Program-made: the position numbers and the translations under genes
Assembly (NCBI GenBank): GCA_038870975.1
Contig: JAVZJD010000001.1
Span: 160,001 to 224,000, forward strand
Direction of reading: 5' to 3'
From: Candidatus Bathyarchaeia archaeon
GTDB lineage: Archaea; Thermoproteota; CALKCG01; B24
DNA length: 64,000 bases
Notes under the pieces: generated by a model
Told to the model about the DNA's origin: nothing
The model's input: the letters and a program-made list of their open reading frames with translations, nothing else
The model's database searches: none
In this document: positions 18,410 to 28,103 of the stretch, in pieces
Layout: every line of letters starts with the position of its first letter
Position numbering within the stretch: position 1 is the first letter of the stretch

Positions 18410-19540
18410 CTACACTTCCCCGTAAACAATTCTCTTAGCTATTTCGACTGCAGTCTTAAGTTTTTCGTGGTGTTTTTCTAGGAATGCTTCAACGAAGTCG
18501 GCTGCTAACAGTTTGCACTCGCCACAGATTATCCTTCCAGCAATGCAATCTTCATATAATTCCGTAAGTTTACCGCTGAATGGATAGTTAAATTTGAGAA
18601 ATTCATAAACCTTGCATAGGTTTGGATTTCCACCAAATTTCTTCTGCTCTGCAATCGTAGGCTGCCCTCCGGTGAAAGCATTCATGATTTTTCCAGCAGC
18701 GACTTTAGGTGGATCGCCTAAGAATATACAAGTTTCTGGGTCGCTCTTAGACATCTTCTTACCAGCCTTAAGTCCAGATAAATGGACTATTATGAGGGCT
18801 GAGGGGAGTTCAAAGTCGTAGGATAGACGTGCCGCTAAGTCTCTAACGGCTCTTATATGCGGATCTTGTTCAGCTGCAATTACGGTAATCGAGGGCATCC
18901 TCCCTTCATACTCTGGAAGCTGAGGATGAAGAATATCTGCATACTGAAGTAGATTTGCAGCAATCTTACCGATGTCTAAATGCCCATAGATGGCTCTAAA
19001 CGTACTTTCAGTTATCTTTTTAGAAACCTCAAATGCAAATTCGTAGTACCGCCTCTCTTTTCTACTTTGAACATAAACGTCTTTCTCATCCAAGCCCAAT
19101 GCCAATACGTGCGATAAATTTTCAACAGCATATTTCTTAGCTACTTCTAGTGATGGAATCCTGCTGTCGGGTCTACTCACATAAGCATCTATATCGCATA
19201 TGGCAAAATAGTTCCTTCCACCATTATCTTTGAAGAACTTGAATACATCTACGATTATCTTATGACCGAAGTGCAGTTCGCCTGAGGCAGCTATCCCAGT
19301 CATATTTATAAAAGGTCTCTTGGATATAATACGGTCGTATACTTTTTCAAAGTCTCTTTGACCGATGACTATGTTTCTTTCGAAGCTCAAATGTTTAAGA
19401 TTGGATTTAATCTCTTCGGAAATCCTCTTTAGACCAAATTCTGTAAAAAGCTTTTCATAATCTTCTATGACCTCGGAACCCCATGGGTCTATAGTCAAGG
19501 AGACACCATACCCTCTGAAACTTAGGAGTTTACTAAGCAC
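18410..19540 (-). CDS. trpS: Tryptophan--tRNA ligase
   Basis: IDPWG, SGELHFGH, QYADILHPQ, EQDPH.R..RD, KMSKS, AFTGG; real start possibly TTG 19498. Confidence 0.92.
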   Translation of the reverse strand: MLSKLLSFRGYGVSLTIDPWGSEVIEDYEKLFTEFGLKRISEEIKSNLKHLSFERNIVIGQRDFEKVYDRIISKRPFINMTGIAASGELHFGHKIIVDVFKFFKDNGGRNYFAICDIDAYVSRPDSRIPSLEVAKKYAVENLSHVLALGLDEKDVYVQSRKERRYYEFAFEVSKKITESTFRAIYGHLDIGKIAANLLQYADILHPQLPEYEGRMPSITVIAAEQDPHIRAVRDLAARLSYDFELPSALIIVHLSGLKAGKKMSKSDPETCIFLGDPPKVAAGKIMNAFTGGQPTIAEQKKFGGNPNLCKVYEFLKFNYPFSGKLTELYEDCIAGRIICGECKLLAADFVEAFLEKHHEKLKTAVEIAKRIVYGEV

Positions 19541-19701
19541 TCGGATTATTTAAATGTGCCACTTTTTAAAGTATTCAGCCTCTTATAAAAATTCTTACCG
19601 TAGGCGTAAACCATTTTAAACTCCTTAATCTGCAACGAAGTTTAAGAATATTCAATGAAAAACCTTAAGACTCCAATGTGTATAATTTTGAAGGTGATTT
19701 T

Positions 19702-20502
19702 GTGAAGATATACATCCTAACTGATTTAGAAGGCATCGGCTATATCGTTAGAGAAGAGCAAACAAATCCAGGTAGTAGCGAGTATCAGGAGGCCTGCTTA
19801 CTGCTAACCAGAGAAGTCAACGCGGCCATAGATGGTGCATTAGATGGAGGGGCGACGGAGATAATTGTCAACGATTTGCATGGGGCACGTGGTGGCTTCA
19901 ACCTTGTACCTGAGGAATTACATGAGTGTGCTAAGTATGTTGCAGGTGGACCGAGGACCCGCAGAGTAGCTTGTATAGATGAATCTTTCGACTTAGCATT
20001 TATGATAGGTTATCATGCTATGGCTGGCACCCAGGGAGCCGTTCTAGACCATACGATGTCAACTAGAGTTATAGTCGATGCTTACATAAATGATCGTAGA
20101 ATTGGAGAGATAGGGATTGACGCCTCTATACTTGGATATTTCAACGTACCCGTAGGCTTGGTCAGTGGTTGTAGAATGGCTGTAGAGGAAGCTAAGGCAT
20201 TGTTAGGCAACGTTGAAGGGGTGGTTGTTAAAGAAGGGCTTAGCAGAAACTTCGCGGTATGCCTACCTCCCGTAAAATGTAGGAAGCTTATTCGAGAGGC
20301 GGCTAAAAGAGCTATACAAAGGGCGGGAGAGTTTAAACCGTTTAAAGTAAATCCACCGATCACTGTAAAAGTAAAGTATTCTCATCCAAGTTATGCAGAT
20401 ATACAGGCTAGGATTCCAAAAGTTGAACGGGAGGATTCTAGGACCATAGTAGTACGAGGGGAAGACCTATTGGAAGTTCTACACGTATTAGGATGGTATT
20501 AA
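19702..20502 (+). CDS. D-aminopeptidase DppA (peptidase M55 family)
   Basis: KIYI.TDLEG, VNDLHG, IGYHA, LDHT; GTG start after AAGGTGA SD (ORF track start 19678). Confidence 0.88.
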   Translation: MKIYILTDLEGIGYIVREEQTNPGSSEYQEACLLLTREVNAAIDGALDGGATEIIVNDLHGARGGFNLVPEELHECAKYVAGGPRTRRVACIDESFDLAFMIGYHAMAGTQGAVLDHTMSTRVIVDAYINDRRIGEIGIDASILGYFNVPVGLVSGCRMAVEEAKALLGNVEGVVVKEGLSRNFAVCLPPVKCRKLIREAAKRAIQRAGEFKPFKVNPPITVKVKYSHPSYADIQARIPKVEREDSRTIVVRGEDLLEVLHVLGWY

Positions 20503-20681
20503 AGGCTAATCACAGTATGCATTAGTTAACTATCAACCAAGAGGAATATTAGTTAGTAAACCATACCCTATTTTATCTTAAATTTTTACGCGGAAGCGTA
20601 CTGAGGTTCTTTACGCTTGATCAGAATGCGTTAAAAGAATTTAAAGTAGAAGTTTAGAGAAGTAAATATCGAGGGAATTCC

Positions 20682-21608
20682 TTGCCTTCAATTAAGGGAA
20701 GAGATGTAATATCCATAATGGACTTTACAAAAGAAGAGATAGAATATATACTCAGCAAGACTGACGAAATTCAAAGACTTTCACTCGAAAGAAGGGAGCT
20801 ACTTAAAGGAAAGGTAATGGCCATACTTTTCTTTGAACCTAGTACGAGAACTCGAATAAGCTTTGAAGCAGCTATGAAGAAACTTGGCGGAGAAACTGTA
20901 GACATGTCTGAGCCGAAAAGAGCTTCCATAGAAAAGGGAGAAAACTTGACAGACACTATAAGGGTTATAGATAACTATGTGGATGTTATAGTGATTAGAC
21001 ATCCATTAGAGGGATCTGCTAGACTCGCCGCTGAAGTAGCGGAAAATCCAGTTATAAACGGAGGATCTGGAGCTGAAGAACACCCAACACAAGCACTTTT
21101 AGATCTTTACACAATCAAGAGAGAGAAAGGGAGAATAGATGGGTTAACAATAGCGTTTGTAGGAGATTTGAAGTATAGTAGGACTGTACATTCGTTGAGC
21201 ATAGCTTTGACAAATTACAATATCAAAAAAGTGTACTTTATCTCACCATCGATCCTTAAAATGCGTAGGGAAATCCTAGAATACGTTTCAAATAGACTGC
21301 CGATTGAAGAATTAGATGATGTAAGCGATGTAATAGAAGAGGTAGATGTACTTTATGTTACGAGGATTCAGAAGGAGAGGTTTAGCGATATATCTGAATA
21401 CATGAGGGTTAAAGGTAGTTACAAGATCACATTAGACCACGTTAAGAAAATGAAGATGGACGCGATAATAATGCATCCTCTGCCTAGAGTGGATGAGATA
21501 GACTATTCAGTCGATCAGATGCCTCAGGCTAAATACTTTAGACAGGTATACTATGGACTTCTAATTAGAATGAGCTTATTGTCTTTGATACTGGGGGCTG
21601 TAGAATGA
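20682..21608 (+). CDS. pyrB: Aspartate carbamoyltransferase catalytic subunit
   Basis: FFEPSTRTR, HPTQALLD, GDLKYSRTVHS, RIQKER, MHPLPR. Confidence 0.96.
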   Translation: MPSIKGRDVISIMDFTKEEIEYILSKTDEIQRLSLERRELLKGKVMAILFFEPSTRTRISFEAAMKKLGGETVDMSEPKRASIEKGENLTDTIRVIDNYVDVIVIRHPLEGSARLAAEVAENPVINGGSGAEEHPTQALLDLYTIKREKGRIDGLTIAFVGDLKYSRTVHSLSIALTNYNIKKVYFISPSILKMRREILEYVSNRLPIEELDDVSDVIEEVDVLYVTRIQKERFSDISEYMRVKGSYKITLDHVKKMKMDAIIMHPLPRVDEIDYSVDQMPQAKYFRQVYYGLLIRMSLLSLILGAVE

Positions 21609-21877
21609 TGGTTGATGTAAACCTAGACCCCAAGGTTCTCATAAATTTTCTACAAGTGCTATACGGTCTATTAAAAGACGGGTGTACGTATGTTTTCAAA
21701 GCTATTTTAGGAGAGTCTTTCCCAAGATATGGAGAAATCCTAATACCATTAACTGTCTTAACGCTTATCTACTTACTATTAGAGCTGTCAAACGCATTTA
21801 GAAAAGTACTCGGAGTTATACTTGCATTATCTTGGGCGATTTTCATAACGTCACTTTTACTTGAAAAATTTCTATAG
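21605..21877 (+). CDS. Small membrane protein, hypothetical
   Basis: 90 aa, hydrophobic, overlaps pyrB stop by 4 nt. Confidence 0.55.
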   Translation: MMVDVNLDPKVLINFLQVLYGLLKDGCTYVFKAILGESFPRYGEILIPLTVLTLIYLLLELSNAFRKVLGVILALSWAIFITSLLLEKFL

Positions 21878-21882
21878 AAAGG

Positions 21883-22398
21883 TTAAATTATTTTCATAAG
21901 TTCTTCTTTACTCTTCCTGTCAAGCTTTTCATAATTCTCTATTAGGTATAGATTTTCATCAAAGTCAAATATTACTATAGTATTACCAATCCTGAATACA
22001 TTTCTTCTACTTCGTACTTTGAAAGACCTATCTCCCCTATTCGTCTTAACATTACATATAAAGAATTCTCCAGTATATGTTATCTCTTTTATCTTCTCTA
22101 TAAGTGGAATAAAATATTTTTTGTTTATAACATACTCTAAACATTTAATGGAATCTTTATCAAGCATACGAATGTCAGATATTACACACAAGTCTTCTCC
22201 AGAGGATTTTAATCTAAAGATTACATAATTTGGGTTTGATAAGGGGAATGGTTTAATTGGATCAATATCTCTGTACGCCACTCCATCTATGTAAAGGATC
22301 AACGTATCGTTGGAAGTATCATAATCAATTCTCACTCTGCTAGGGTCTATAACCTTAAGAAGTGCTTTTGCATAGTACTCTATACTCGTCATGGACAT
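21883..22398 (-). CDS. DUF1854 domain protein
   Basis: PFPLS.P..Y, YFIP.I.KI..I, V.T.RG...F, I.D...N.Y.I.....LD..S; translationally coupled to the ABC exporter. Confidence 0.7.
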   Translation of the reverse strand: MSMTSIEYYAKALLKVIDPSRVRIDYDTSNDTLILYIDGVAYRDIDPIKPFPLSNPNYVIFRLKSSGEDLCVISDIRMLDKDSIKCLEYVINKKYFIPLIEKIKEITYTGEFFICNVKTNRGDRSFKVRSRRNVFRIGNTIVIFDFDENLYLIENYEKLDRKSKEELMKII

Positions 22399-24524
22399 TA
22401 CACCCGCACTTCAACTGGCTTCTCGAGAAACTGAGTATTCCAAAGTTTAGCGTATAATCCATTTCTTCGAAGAAGCTCTTCGTGCGTCCCAACTTCGACT
22501 ATTTTTCCATTATCTACGACTATTAATCTATCGGCGTCTTTCACAGTGCTGAGTCTATGAGCTATTATTATCGTAGTTCTTCCTCTCGATAACTCATCTA
22601 GAGCCTTTTTAATAGAATCTTCAGTAATAGTATCAACACTACTTGTCGCTTCATCTAAAATCAATATCCGCGGATCAGATATAATCGCTCTAGCAATAGC
22701 TATTCTCTGCTTCTCCCCACCGGACAACATACTTCCACCTTCGCCACACGGCATATCATAACCCAAAGGTTTCTGGATTATGAAATCGTGAGCTGCTGCT
22801 ACTTTGGCCGCAGCTATTATCTCTTCTAAAGATGCATTGGGCTTACCGTAACGTATGTTGTTCGCTATAGTATCATTGAATAATCTAGGTTCTTGACTAA
22901 CTATACCTATTTGTCTTCTAAGACTCTCGAGTCGAATCTTCTTTATATCTATGCCATCTATCAATATTCTACCTTCGTCTACATCATAGAATCTCATGAG
23001 AAGCTTTACAATCGTCGTTTTACCCCCTCCAGTTGGCCCAACAATACCTATCTTTTCACCTGGCTTTATTTCAAAGCTCACATTCTTTAAAACATACATG
23101 TACGGTAGGTAGCCGAAAGAAACATTATCAAATACAACACTACCCTTGATTTTCAGATCTTTACAATCTACTTCATCTCGAATCTTAGGTTCCATATTCA
23201 TAATACTTTGAATTCTTTCAGCAGCAGTACTGGCTCTCTTCATCGGTTCAACCATGCTAACAAGATTCCACACTGGACCATAAAACTGGCTAACGTATGA
23301 AATAAAGGCTGATAAAGTTCCAAGAGTTAAAGTACCTCCTAAAACTTCATATCCTCCAATCCACCAGATCACCGCCGTTCCAACAGACATAACTAGGCCC
23401 AACATTGGAAAGAACTGCAGGTTAAGTTTCGTAGACCTTAAACCTGCTACGATAACGTCACGGAGTTTAAGCTTAAGCTTTTCTTCCTCAGTCTTCTCCA
23501 TAACGTGGGATTTAACCGTTGAAAAACCAGGTATGACATCTACAAGTAAAGCTGATACATCGGCCCATCTTCTCCATTCATAATGGTATACCCATGTAGA
23601 TTTCTTATTGAATAGGAAGACCCCAAGACCGAGTATAGGTAGGGGGATTAAAGCAATTAAGCTTAATCTGGGTTCCAATATGAGTATCATCATTGCTACT
23701 GATGCAAGGGACACTATACTCCTAAGAAGCTGTTCAAGTCCCCATGATAAAAACCAGTTAACCCTACCAACATCATCTGTTATTCTCGATATTAAACGTC
23801 CAGCTTCATAAGTATCTAGTATACTCGGCTGGAAACTCATTATATGGTTAAACATCTTAACCCTTATATCGTACATTGCTTTGAGGCTAACATAGGATAG
23901 ACTGTAACTACGTATTATCCCAAGTATCGTACTTACCACTTGGGTGAGTATTATCGCGATTATTACTTGCGATAGAAGTTCCTTCTTATGCCCTAGGATA
24001 ACGTCATCTATGAGCATTCTCATAAAGTATGGTGGTAAAAGCCCTAAGAAAATACTAGCAATCCCAGTTAATATTCCCATAGTAAGGAGAAATTTATATG
24101 GAGTGACGAATTTTAGAATATACAATATGGGGCCTGTTTTAAGCCTAGGTTTTTCTTCCTTTTCCTCGGAAAGCTCTTCCTGTTCAACCCCTCTTAGAAG
24201 CGTTAGATTTTCTATAAGTTTAACGGCATCTCCAAACTTTTTTCTTAGAGAACGCGAGAATCTTATAATCGAAGTGGTCGAACTATCTTTTAAAACAATC
24301 TTAAGCTCAGCATTTCCAACATAGTCTTCTATTTTGACGGAGCTTATATCCATCAGATTTACTGACTTTTCAACCATAAGATTAGCATCGGTTGTTACTA
24401 CTCTTCTGTCTGTGATTATGAGAAAACTGCGACCAAACATCCCGCTTTTAGTGAGGTCGCTTTCAAAGCATGCAAGAAACTTTTCCCCTTCTTGAAGTAT
24501 ATTTTTAAAGTCCTTATGTTGCAT
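22398..24524 (-). CDS. ABC exporter (TMD + NBD) with extra N-terminal PH-like domain
   Basis: N-terminal ~130-aa soluble domain (ESDL...G.FG), 6 TM, GPTGGGKT, LSGGEKQR, ILDEATS, IAHRLST. Confidence 0.9.
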   Translation of the reverse strand: MQHKDFKNILQEGEKFLACFESDLTKSGMFGRSFLIITDRRVVTTDANLMVEKSVNLMDISSVKIEDYVGNAELKIVLKDSSTTSIIRFSRSLRKKFGDAVKLIENLTLLRGVEQEELSEEKEEKPRLKTGPILYILKFVTPYKFLLTMGILTGIASIFLGLLPPYFMRMLIDDVILGHKKELLSQVIIAIILTQVVSTILGIIRSYSLSYVSLKAMYDIRVKMFNHIMSFQPSILDTYEAGRLISRITDDVGRVNWFLSWGLEQLLRSIVSLASVAMMILILEPRLSLIALIPLPILGLGVFLFNKKSTWVYHYEWRRWADVSALLVDVIPGFSTVKSHVMEKTEEEKLKLKLRDVIVAGLRSTKLNLQFFPMLGLVMSVGTAVIWWIGGYEVLGGTLTLGTLSAFISYVSQFYGPVWNLVSMVEPMKRASTAAERIQSIMNMEPKIRDEVDCKDLKIKGSVVFDNVSFGYLPYMYVLKNVSFEIKPGEKIGIVGPTGGGKTTIVKLLMRFYDVDEGRILIDGIDIKKIRLESLRRQIGIVSQEPRLFNDTIANNIRYGKPNASLEEIIAAAKVAAAHDFIIQKPLGYDMPCGEGGSMLSGGEKQRIAIARAIISDPRILILDEATSSVDTITEDSIKKALDELSRGRTTIIIAHRLSTVKDADRLIVVDNGKIVEVGTHEELLRRNGLYAKLWNTQFLEKPVEVRV

Positions 24525-24637
24525 TCCTTTCTTTTGGAAGAAAGAAAGAGGCTTTTAAACTTTATTGTAGCATATCTTGGTCAAATATTGGGTTAAGAAG
24601 AAAACATTTATACCATTAGATAAGCTGTCATTCTAAT

Positions 24638-25192
24638 TTGAGGACCTACATGACTGAGGCTTACATAAAGGGTGTTAAAATTGAAGTCAAACATGGAAGT
24701 CTTCTAGAACTTGAAGTAGATGCTATTGTAAATCCGGCCAATAGTATGCTTATCATGGGAGGTGGAGTAGCCGGTGCAATTAAACGAGCAGGTGGAGAAG
24801 AAATAGAGAAAGAAGCAGTCAAAAATGCCCCCATTCCAATTGGTAAAGCCATAGTGACAACGGCGGGTAGGCTTAAAGCCAAAAATGTAATACATGCTCC
24901 AACTATGGAAAGACCCGGGCCTACAACAACTGAAAACGTCTATAGAGCTATGTATGCAACTTTAGAATTAGCGCAAAATATGAACTTTAGAAGTATTGCG
25001 ATCCCTGGTATGGGTACAGGTGTTGGAGGACTGTCTCCTAATGAAGCAACTGAAGCTATATTTAAGGCTTTAGAAGAATACTTGAATAGAGGTTTAAAAG
25101 TTAAAAATATAATCTTTGTAGATTTGAATGAAGAAGTTGTTGATGCTTTCAAAAGGGCGCTTAATGAGCTCATAGAGAAATATGGAAAATAG
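24638..25192 (+). CDS. Macro domain (ADP-ribose-binding/hydrolase, Af1521-like)
   Basis: DAIVNPAN, GGGVAGAI, VIHAPT, PGMGTGVGG. Confidence 0.9.
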   Translation: MRTYMTEAYIKGVKIEVKHGSLLELEVDAIVNPANSMLIMGGGVAGAIKRAGGEEIEKEAVKNAPIPIGKAIVTTAGRLKAKNVIHAPTMERPGPTTTENVYRAMYATLELAQNMNFRSIAIPGMGTGVGGLSPNEATEAIFKALEEYLNRGLKVKNIIFVDLNEEVVDAFKRALNELIEKYGK

Positions 25193-25748
25193 GGCGACTA
25201 CTCCTCACTCTATCTGTAGAAGCTAGGGTTTTAATCCTCTCAACCCCTCCAATTTCCTTGATATATTCTGCCACTGGTTCTGGTACTAGTTCTTCCCAAT
25301 TATCACCTGTGGTAATCCTCCTACGTATCTCCGTAGCACTGTAAATCTCACGTCTAAAAAACGGGATTGAAGAAACCTTGAATCTTCCGTCTTCCTCAAA
25401 AAGCCTTCTAGTTAAAGGCTCATTCGTAAAAACTACTTGAAAACTAGGTGTCAATGATACTACGTGCTTAACCCATAAGGAATGCGTATGAATATCTGGA
25501 ATTGGAAGTATTAGAAACTTTTTCCTCTCTATTCCAGCCCACTCTAAAGCTCTGATTATCATAGTTATCCTCTCCCCGGCTGTGAATGGATTTTTTAAAG
25601 AGTGACTATATTGGGAACTTCCTACACCTATTATGATTTCACCAACTCTTTCAAGCATCCATTTAACTGCTTCAAGATGCCCTAAGTGGAAGGGCTGAAA
25701 ACGTCCTATGTAAAGACCTCTAAGAAGAACATTCAATTGCATTTCCAC
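25170..25748 (-). CDS. nadM: Nicotinamide-nucleotide adenylyltransferase
   Basis: GRFQPFHLGH, GSSQ.SH...NPFTAGER, SATEIR. Confidence 0.92.
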   Translation of the reverse strand: MEMQLNVLLRGLYIGRFQPFHLGHLEAVKWMLERVGEIIIGVGSSQYSHSLKNPFTAGERITMIIRALEWAGIERKKFLILPIPDIHTHSLWVKHVVSLTPSFQVVFTNEPLTRRLFEEDGRFKVSSIPFFRREIYSATEIRRRITTGDNWEELVPEPVAEYIKEIGGVERIKTLASTDRVRSSRPIFHISL

Positions 25749-25766
25749 CTTAAAATGGGGAAAATT

Positions 25767-26162
25767 CTACTTGAGGGGAACGTACATGCTAGATCTCGAA
25801 GCACCTATACCTGGGCTCCCGTGTATAACGCGCTTATTCGTATATGCAAATTCTCCAAGTTTATGACCTATCATTTCAGGTATTATCTTAATTGGTGTAA
25901 ACTCCTTCCCATTATGTACAGCTATAGTAAGTCCAACCATTTCGGGAAGTATAACCATGTCTCTGCAATGCGTCTTAATGACTTTAGTAGACCCTGTTTT
26001 AGTGGCCTTCCTAACTTTTTCTAGTAGGGCACTCTGCTCTTTAGATAACCCTCTTAAAAGAGAACGTCTTGCTCTAGACGGCAAGAGCATTATGAATTTG
26101 TCTACGGGCATTTTCCTAAGTTCGTCGATTGTATAGCCCCTGTATGTAAATTCCTTTGGCAT
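25767..26162 (-). CDS. rps19: 30S ribosomal protein uS19
   Basis: [37 protein letters not shown]. Confidence 0.97.
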   Translation of the reverse strand: MPKEFTYRGYTIDELRKMPVDKFIMLLPSRARRSLLRGLSKEQSALLEKVRKATKTGSTKVIKTHCRDMVILPEMVGLTIAVHNGKEFTPIKIIPEMIGHKLGEFAYTNKRVIHGSPGIGASRSSMYVPLK

Positions 26163-26194
26163 TAAAACACCTAGATACCAGAAGATTAAGCATC

Positions 26195-26206
26195 AATAAA
26201 AGGTTT
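26195..26206 (-). promoter_or_regulatory. BRE/TATA promoter candidate of rps19
   Basis: AAACCTTTTATT 33-44 nt upstream of ATG; identical 12-mer upstream of rpl3. Confidence 0.5.
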
Positions 26207-26290
26207 ACTACTCACGTATCGTCTTCTATGAGAATCAAGGTTGGATGTGGAAGCGGGAAAGATAATCCCATATCTATTGAAATCTGTATT

Positions 26291-28051
26291 CTAAAGAAGC
26301 CCAAAGTTTCTAAGGAGTATTTCTTCGTTGTTTGGAGCTCTTATGAAAATAGGTACGTTTCTACGTTTTGTAGCCTTGTATGATACGAAAAGCCACTCAC
26401 CCACGTCTAATGTTGTAGTTTTCTCAAGCACGTCATAGCTCAAGGAAAACGCATCTGCGATTACCATACGGTCGTAAAACCTAGGAAGAGTGCTTACAAA
26501 GTAACTATGTAGTTGCTGTAGCGCATTAACGTTTAGATGAGCAACACGTTGAGTTGCAAGCCAACAATGGGCTCTATATTTACGTCCCTGTCTCAACAAC
26601 ATTTCAACCGTCCTATTTGAGTCCTCTGTTTTATCTTCGCTTCGAACTCTGTCAGGTATATACTCTTGTGCTTCATCTAAAACTATTAAAACGCGAGAAC
26701 CCAACCCACTTGTCTTCTTAAATAGAAGCAACCTATCTATGAATCTTGAAACGGCTATCCTTGCTTGCACAGGCTCAGGAACATAAACTATGGTAAGTTT
26801 TGGGGCACTCCCACTCCATATGTTAAAAGCAAGTTCTTCAGGTGTCGTTATGGTTCTCTCAAAGGTGGTATGATCGTATTCGACGAATTCCAGTATAGAC
26901 TCTAACTCTGTTCTTAATCCCGCTCTATCGGAAAGGCTTAACGCTAACTTTTTTAAGACATCTAAGAAAATATCACAAGCTTCTTTATCTGCAAGTATTT
27001 CTCTTAAGGGGATGTCCTCTCTTAAACCTTTATTTATAATCAGTAGATTGAGGAGAACACTATAAGCTCTTTTAGCGGCTATAGCACCCGATCTTCCAGA
27101 TTCAAAAGTATTTCTAAGAGAGTTAAGTATATCGTTTAATGTAAGTTCATAAGACTCGAAGATCGATAGAAGTTTTAAACGGTTTTCACTCATAAGCCTT
27201 TCATAGATGATCTCTATAAAACGGCTATCAATTCTCCCCTCAAGTGTTTCAGGTATAACCTGTGATTGTATGAGTCTTTCTAGATTCAATAAACTTCTCT
27301 CAGACACATAAAACTGGCCGTTTTGCAAGACGTCTAAGAAGTGAGTAGAGTATTCACCAGCGACGTCGAAAATGATTACTTTAAGGTCGGAGATAGATTC
27401 CATAGCTCTTCTAACGAGAAATGCAGTTAAGTTAGATTTGCCTACACCCGTGAAACCGAAAACACCCATGTGATATCTGACGAGGTTTACTATATTGATC
27501 TTTAAAGCTATGTTTAAACCTAACAGGAAGCCAACTTCAACACCATTATCATAACTTAGAAACATTTTAACAGCGTCTTCTGAAAGTAGATGTACATACG
27601 CTCCTGTGAGAGGAGATAAGGGGGATTTTACAAACTTCAATTCGCCGTTTTCCACGTCAAGTTTATACCCCGTAGGGACTGCGTATATGTCTATCCAAGC
27701 TTCTTCGCTTTTTCCCCATCCTTCTCTGACTTTATCCAGAAGCTCAAGCCTTATTACCTTAGGCACTGAAGAGTCTATACTAGGCATTTGGAAATGGGTG
27801 GCTTTTAAACCCACTATTTCATATATAAGATAGCTACGCCCTTCTGATGTTTCTCTCTCGATAGCTACAAAACACGGATTGTGAAGTTTATCAAAAACCT
27901 TATAGGAGAACTTCGCCTCTATGCTAGCCAATTGACTTGAGAGAGCTATTTCGCCTTCTCTAAGCCTAGTAGACCTTACAATAGTCTTAACATCTTTTAA
28001 TCTCGCTTCAAATGAGCCATCTATATCGTCGAATAATTTTAATCTATCCAA
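26291..28051 (-). CDS. HerA-like (FtsK/HerA, DUF87) ATPase/translocase
   Basis: HAS-barrel-like N-terminus; H.GVFGFTGVGKS (Walker A), IFDVAGEY, IVLDEAQ (Walker B), RQGRKY, ATQR. Confidence 0.88.
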   Translation of the reverse strand: MDRLKLFDDIDGSFEARLKDVKTIVRSTRLREGEIALSSQLASIEAKFSYKVFDKLHNPCFVAIERETSEGRSYLIYEIVGLKATHFQMPSIDSSVPKVIRLELLDKVREGWGKSEEAWIDIYAVPTGYKLDVENGELKFVKSPLSPLTGAYVHLLSEDAVKMFLSYDNGVEVGFLLGLNIALKINIVNLVRYHMGVFGFTGVGKSNLTAFLVRRAMESISDLKVIIFDVAGEYSTHFLDVLQNGQFYVSERSLLNLERLIQSQVIPETLEGRIDSRFIEIIYERLMSENRLKLLSIFESYELTLNDILNSLRNTFESGRSGAIAAKRAYSVLLNLLIINKGLREDIPLREILADKEACDIFLDVLKKLALSLSDRAGLRTELESILEFVEYDHTTFERTITTPEELAFNIWSGSAPKLTIVYVPEPVQARIAVSRFIDRLLLFKKTSGLGSRVLIVLDEAQEYIPDRVRSEDKTEDSNRTVEMLLRQGRKYRAHCWLATQRVAHLNVNALQQLHSYFVSTLPRFYDRMVIADAFSLSYDVLEKTTTLDVGEWLFVSYKATKRRNVPIFIRAPNNEEILLRNFGLL

Positions 28052-28103
28052 GTTCTACGGTTTAAAATGCACTTTACAAATCCATAAATCTTTCTAAGTT
28101 ACT

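Noticed and set aside
20595-20618. AAGCGTA...TACGCTT hairpin upstream of pyrB
   Set aside because: Short, upstream of the likely TATA, and no C/D boxes or attenuator features
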